Positions 60,262 through 64,000 of a stretch of DNA of 64,000 nucleotides are shown piece by piece. Every line of letters starts with the position of its first letter. The first letter of the stretch is position 1. The DNA comes from Pseudomonadota bacterium (GTDB lineage: Bacteria > Desulfobacterota > Desulfobacteria > Desulfobacterales > JAHIVH01), in contig JAHIVH010000036.1 in assembly GCA_018816735.1 (NCBI GenBank), positions 20,667 to 84,666 on the forward strand, given 5' to 3'. Below the pieces are notes generated by a model. That model was not told the DNA's origin. It did no database searches and worked only from the letters and a program-made list of their open reading frames with translations. Made by a program: the position numbers and the translations under genes.

Positions 60262-60276
60262 TTTACACACTGAAAA
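60262..60276. promoter_or_regulatory. Upstream activator-like site, copy 3 (one mismatch).
   Basis: TTTACACACTGAAAA has the same 6-3-6 frame with TGAAAA in place of TGTAAA. It begins 120 bp upstream of the -24 TGGCA at 60382. Confidence 0.4.
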
Positions 60277-60381
60277 AAAATTGGACACCGCACACGGTTT
60301 AATGCCCTTTCGATTAAAACAGCAATCGGTGTTTATTTAATAATTACTTGATACTATACCGTCATTGTCTATAATGTCAAT

Positions 60382-60397
60382 TGGCACAGAACTTGCC
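60382..60397 (+). promoter_or_regulatory. sigma54 (-24/-12) promoter P3.
   Basis: TGGCACAGAACTTGCC is an exact TGGCAC-N5-TTGC. It lies about 90 bp upstream of the ATG at 60486. Confidence 0.75.
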
Positions 60398-60485
60398 ATT
60401 TGTCATATCATCAGAACATGAAAACAATGGCCTGAGCACCTGTACTATAAAATCAGGCAAAAAACTGTGAAATCGGGAAAGGTTT

Positions 60486-63400
60486 ATGACATTCAAAAGT
60501 ATAAAAAACCGTTTGACTTTTTGGTTCATCATTGTTGCCCTGCCACCGCTTCTGATTATAGGCATCGTCAATTATCATCAACGGGTTTCCGCTATTCAGG
60601 AAAGAGCCTTTGACAAGCTCTCGGCCATACGGGACCTCAAGATCAAGGAAATCAACAAATGGTTTAATGCAAAACTGAACGACCTCCGAACCGTCAGTGA
60701 AGATCCGGAAACCCGCTCCCTGGAATTCATTTTTGATAAAAAAGTGTATTCGGAAACGGATCTCGCCCTTCTTGATAGTGTGCGGGAAAGCCTCAACCGG
60801 TTTATAGAAAATTATACGGATTATCAGGAAATCTATATTCTTGATCCGGTTTCCGGAGATATCAAGGTGTCCACAACCCGAAATGCAGAAGGAGAAAACC
60901 GGTCAGGGAACCCTTACCTGACAGAACCGTTAAAAACCGGCCAAACTTATATCAAGGATATTTTCTACTCAAAGCACCTGAACATGCTCTCGATGACATT
61001 TTCAACACCCATATTCTGCCGGAAAGATCGCGGCAGCCATATCATCGGTGTACTGGTGATCAGGGTGATTCTTGAGGAATCGATCTATGAATTGCTTCAG
61101 GACTATTCCGGATTGGGGGAGACCGGTGAGACACTGATTGTCAACAAGGATCTGCTGGCACTGAACCAGCTGAGGGGGGCTGACAAGGGACCGCTTAAAA
61201 TCAAGATCGAAGCAACACCTGCCAAACTGGCGGCCGATGGCCAGACCGGTATCATGGAAGCGGTTGATTACAGGGGGAAAAGAGTGCTTGCCGCATATGG
61301 CCATATACCCAAAATCGGCTGGGGATTTGTGGCCAAGCAGGATATCAGGGAAATCAACGGCCCCATTAAAGCGATGCTGGCTAATTTAACAGGAATGATC
61401 CTGTTGTCATGGGTTATTGTATATATCGTCGCCTTTTTCCTGAGCAGAAGTATTGCCAGGCCGGTTCTTGAAATGACCGAAATATCAAAAAAAATCCAGC
61501 TTGGAGACATGACCGCCCGTAATACCTATTTTACCGGTGATGAACTCGGCTTTTTGTCCGGGTCTTTCAACCAGATGGCGGATTCTCTCACCCATCAGAT
61601 GGAAATCCAGAAAATCGGGTCTGATATTACAGACTTGCTTGTAAAGGCGTCCAACCTCATGGATTTTTCAGAGAAACTGATTCACAAGCTGGTGGATATC
61701 ACCGGTGCAGAACTAGGCGTCTTCTACCTCATGAGTCAGGACAGCGAAACATTCAAACCCTATTTTTCCATTGGCGCCATGCCGGAAAGCCTTGAGTCCT
61801 TCGATGCCGACCAGTTCGAAGGAGAAATCGGGAAAGTGATTGCAACCCGTAAAGTATCTTATATAGAATCCATACCTGAGGACACGGTATTTAAGATCAA
61901 AACCGTTTCAGGGATTGCCATTCCAAAAGCGATTCTGACCATACCTGTGATTGCCAGAAACAAAGTGATGGCCGTGATCTCCCTTGCCGGATTCAAACCG
62001 TTTCCGGATAACATTCAGGAGCTTCTCAAACGGTCATGGATCGTTGCCCTTCATACATCCTTCTCGAACCTTCTGTCCAACGAAGAGACCAAAATTCTGG
62101 CCGGAGAACTGAGTTACAAAAACCATGAACTGAAAGAACAGGCTGAAGAACTTACCCTTCAGGCAGACCAATTAAAACACCAGTCCGATGAACTGCAGAA
62201 AAAAAATGAGGAACTGAATCAGAAACGCCTTCAGGTCGAAGAAGCCAACCGGATGAAAAGCCAGTTTTTGTCAAATATGAGTCATGAACTGAGAACGCCT
62301 CTGAATTCCGTAATGGCGCTTTCACGCGTTCTTATCATGCAGAGTTCAGACAAATTATCAGAAGATGAAATGAAATACCTTGAAATCATCGAACGAAACG
62401 GCAAACATCTTCTTGAGCTGATTAATGACATCCTGGATTTATCGAAAATAGAATCCGGTAAAATGGATATTGTTTTAAGCACGTTCTCCCTGCCATTGGT
62501 CTTAGACACTGTCATGGAAAGCCTTGAGCCTATAGCAACGGCAAAAGGGATAGTCATGCAAAAATACTTCCCCGGTGATTTCCCGGATATACAGAGCGAC
62601 AGAATCCGTATTCATCAAATCCTTCAGAATATTATCGGGAACGCTGTCAAATTTACAGAAGTGGGGAGTATATCTGTGACGTTGAGGATTGAAAACCGGC
62701 AATGCTATGTGGACATTTCCGACACAGGCATTGGCATTCCTGAGGATCAGATACTAAAAATATTTGAGGAATTTTACCAGGCAGACGGTACGTCTTCAAA
62801 GAAATATCAGGGCACCGGACTGGGGCTGACCATCGCCAAACGAACAGCGGAAATGCTGGGCGGAGCTATCTTCATCAAAAGCACCTTTGGCAAAGGCTCC
62901 GTATTTACACTTTGTCTCCCCCTCAAATGGGACATGGCCAATCATAAAGATACAGATGAATCCGAAATCGTGTTTAGACCTGAAGGACTTTCAGAAAAAG
63001 GCACCATTTTAATCGTGGATGATGACAGGAATACGGCAGAGATCATATCCCGTTATCTTGTCGAGGACGGTTATGATACAATCATTGCCTGTTCCGGTGA
63101 AGAAGCGCTCAAAATTGCCAAAAGCAGCCCCATCTTTGCCATTACCCTTGATATTATCATGCCGGACATGGATGGACTTGAACTGCTTCAGGCATTGAAA
63201 CAGGCTCCGTCTACCCGGGATATCAAAGTCGTTATCGTATCGGTTTCCGAGGATATGGAAACCTGTTTTGCCCTTGGCGCAGTCGGATATGTGACAAAAC
63301 CCATAAATAAATCACTCCTGATTTCGGAAATCCGTCATGCCATAAAAAATGAAAAAGCGGGCTTTGATGATTGTCTGGTGATGATCGTGGATGACAACGA

Positions 63401-64000
63401 TCTGGACCGGGCGTCCATGGAAAAAATCATTTCAGAAGAAGGCATGACGGTGATTTCCGCAAATAACGGAAAAGCATGCATCAATCTCATAGACGAAATC
63501 ACGCCGGATCTCCTGATACTTGATCTGGTCATGCCTGAGGCAGACGGCTTTCAGGTCTTGTCCTATCTTAAAATGAATCCGCAATATAATTTCCTTCCGG
63601 TAATTATTGTCACGGCCAAAGACCTGGACCGGAAAGAATGGACTCAGCTTAAAGAACATGTATGTTCGGTGCTTGAAAAAGGAAATTTATCAGCAGATGT
63701 TTTGCTGTCAAATATTGATCAATGTATCGGCAGTCATCTGGCAAAACCATCTGAAAACAAAGACGCCTCCTTGTCTCCTGAAAAAATAGCAAACGGTCGG
63801 AAAGACGATGTTGTTCCAACGATTCTTGCCATTGAAGACAATCCGGACAACATGACGACGATTAAAGCCGTGCTCCAGAACCGTTACAGATTGATTGAAG
63901 CTGAAAATGGTGAAATCGGACTCTCAAAAGCGATATCCGAAAAGCCGGATCTGATTCTTCTTGATATGTCGCTACCTGTGATGGACGGGATCACCGTGGC
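60486..64000 (+). CDS. Large hybrid sensor histidine kinase, 3'-truncated by the window end. Domain order: Cache-like sensor, TM, HAMP, GAF-like, coiled coil, HisKA, HATPase, REC, REC, REC.
   Basis: My manual translation from the ATG at 60486 stays open to position 64000, so the ORF is missing from the supplied track. H-box SNMSHELRTPLNSV (His codon 62283-62285). N-box IGNAVKFT. G-boxes DTGIGIP and GTGLGLTIA. Three receivers: ILIVDDD...DIIMPDMDG, VMIVDDN...LDLVMPEADG, ILAIEDNPDN...LLDMSLPVMDG. Confidence 0.9.
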   Translation, partial: MTFKSIKNRLTFWFIIVALPPLLIIGIVNYHQRVSAIQERAFDKLSAIRDLKIKEINKWFNAKLNDLRTVSEDPETRSLEFIFDKKVYSETDLALLDSVRESLNRFIENYTDYQEIYILDPVSGDIKVSTTRNAEGENRSGNPYLTEPLKTGQTYIKDIFYSKHLNMLSMTFSTPIFCRKDRGSHIIGVLVIRVILEESIYELLQDYSGLGETGETLIVNKDLLALNQLRGADKGPLKIKIEATPAKLAADGQTGIMEAVDYRGKRVLAAYGHIPKIGWGFVAKQDIREINGPIKAMLANLTGMILLSWVIVYIVAFFLSRSIARPVLEMTEISKKIQLGDMTARNTYFTGDELGFLSGSFNQMADSLTHQMEIQKIGSDITDLLVKASNLMDFSEKLIHKLVDITGAELGVFYLMSQDSETFKPYFSIGAMPESLESFDADQFEGEIGKVIATRKVSYIESIPEDTVFKIKTVSGIAIPKAILTIPVIARNKVMAVISLAGFKPFPDNIQELLKRSWIVALHTSFSNLLSNEETKILAGELSYKNHELKEQAEELTLQADQLKHQSDELQKKNEELNQKRLQVEEANRMKSQFLSNMSHELRTPLNSVMALSRVLIMQSSDKLSEDEMKYLEIIERNGKHLLELINDILDLSKIESGKMDIVLSTFSLPLVLDTVMESLEPIATAKGIVMQKYFPGDFPDIQSDRIRIHQILQNIIGNAVKFTEVGSISVTLRIENRQCYVDISDTGIGIPEDQILKIFEEFYQADGTSSKKYQGTGLGLTIAKRTAEMLGGAIFIKSTFGKGSVFTLCLPLKWDMANHKDTDESEIVFRPEGLSEKGTILIVDDDRNTAEIISRYLVEDGYDTIIACSGEEALKIAKSSPIFAITLDIIMPDMDGLELLQALKQAPSTRDIKVVIVSVSEDMETCFALGAVGYVTKPINKSLLISEIRHAIKNEKAGFDDCLVMIVDDNDLDRASMEKIISEEGMTVISANNGKACINLIDEITPDLLILDLVMPEADGFQVLSYLKMNPQYNFLPVIIVTAKDLDRKEWTQLKEHVCSVLEKGNLSADVLLSNIDQCIGSHLAKPSENKDASLSPEKIANGRKDDVVPTILAIEDNPDNMTTIKAVLQNRYRLIEAENGEIGLSKAISEKPDLILLDMSLPVMDGITV

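Noticed and set aside
60098-63789. Short ORFs in the track between 60.1 and 63.8 kb, for example 60098-60340, 60596-60796, 61002-61304 and 62282-62557.
   Set aside because: The region is explained by one long plus-strand hybrid kinase ORF (60486 to the window end) with unmistakable H, N, G and REC motifs. The listed ORFs are its antisense or out-of-frame shadows, or lie in its promoter region.
1-64000. A search for tRNA, rRNA, CRISPR repeats, transposase or integrase genes and long direct or inverted repeats marking mobile elements.
   Set aside because: None was seen by eye. The intergenic regions lack T-loop GGTTCGAATCC-like strings or regularly spaced repeats, and no ORF has DDE or tyrosine-recombinase motifs. 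A tRNAscan/Infernal run would be needed to exclude small RNAs formally.

Overview
This window looks like ordinary chromosome from a sulfate-reducer-like deltaproteobacterium. That taxonomic guess rests on gene content only: sigma54/NtrC regulation, DASS permeases and many PAS/Cache kinases. I saw no rRNA, tRNA, CRISPR array, transposase or integrase.

All family calls come from reading motifs in the supplied translations. None come from database searches.

**Gene content, left to right**
- 1-10 kb: an Ig-like/C39-like peptidase at the window edge, an RND/MMPL exporter, a thioredoxin-like lipoprotein with a GH1 beta-glucosidase, a lipid kinase, and sppA-rpsA-cmk.
- 10-18 kb: a NamZ-like DUF1343 protein, RNase HI, a PAS-GGDEF cyclase and a ChaN/Tiki-like protein.
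- 16-24 kb: a lipid/glycerol locus with a patatin, a CE4 deacetylase, an AGPS-like flavoenzyme and an FGGY kinase, divergent from fadR-glpD. A recognisable FadR box sits in the divergent promoter region.
- 24-30 kb: a thioredoxin-fold/HEAT-like protein, Nudix, MoxR, a VWA protein, an acyl-CoA dehydrogenase and YchJ.
- 30-36 kb: a PilZ protein, two J-domain proteins flanking a CI/LexA-like S24 repressor, DUF503, a radical SAM protein and a GNAT-like protein.
- 36-43 kb: znuACB and a pstSCAB-like operon.

**Most interesting region (about 42.9-64 kb)**
- It is an unusually dense signalling island built around two DASS/SLC13-like permeases.
- It holds six histidine kinases. Two are paralogous Cache kinases, one is a REC-HK fusion, one is NtrB-like, and one is a giant hybrid kinase with at least three receivers.
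- The giant hybrid kinase runs off the right edge and is missing from the supplied ORF track.
- It also holds four output-less receiver proteins, one REC-CBS protein and one NtrC-type sigma54 activator.
- I found three near-consensus sigma54 promoters (GG-N10-GC) heading the three plus-strand transcription units.
- Each promoter has the same palindrome, TTTACA-N3-TG(T/A)AAA, 118-120 bp upstream of the -24 element.
- This suggests one locally encoded activator drives the whole island.
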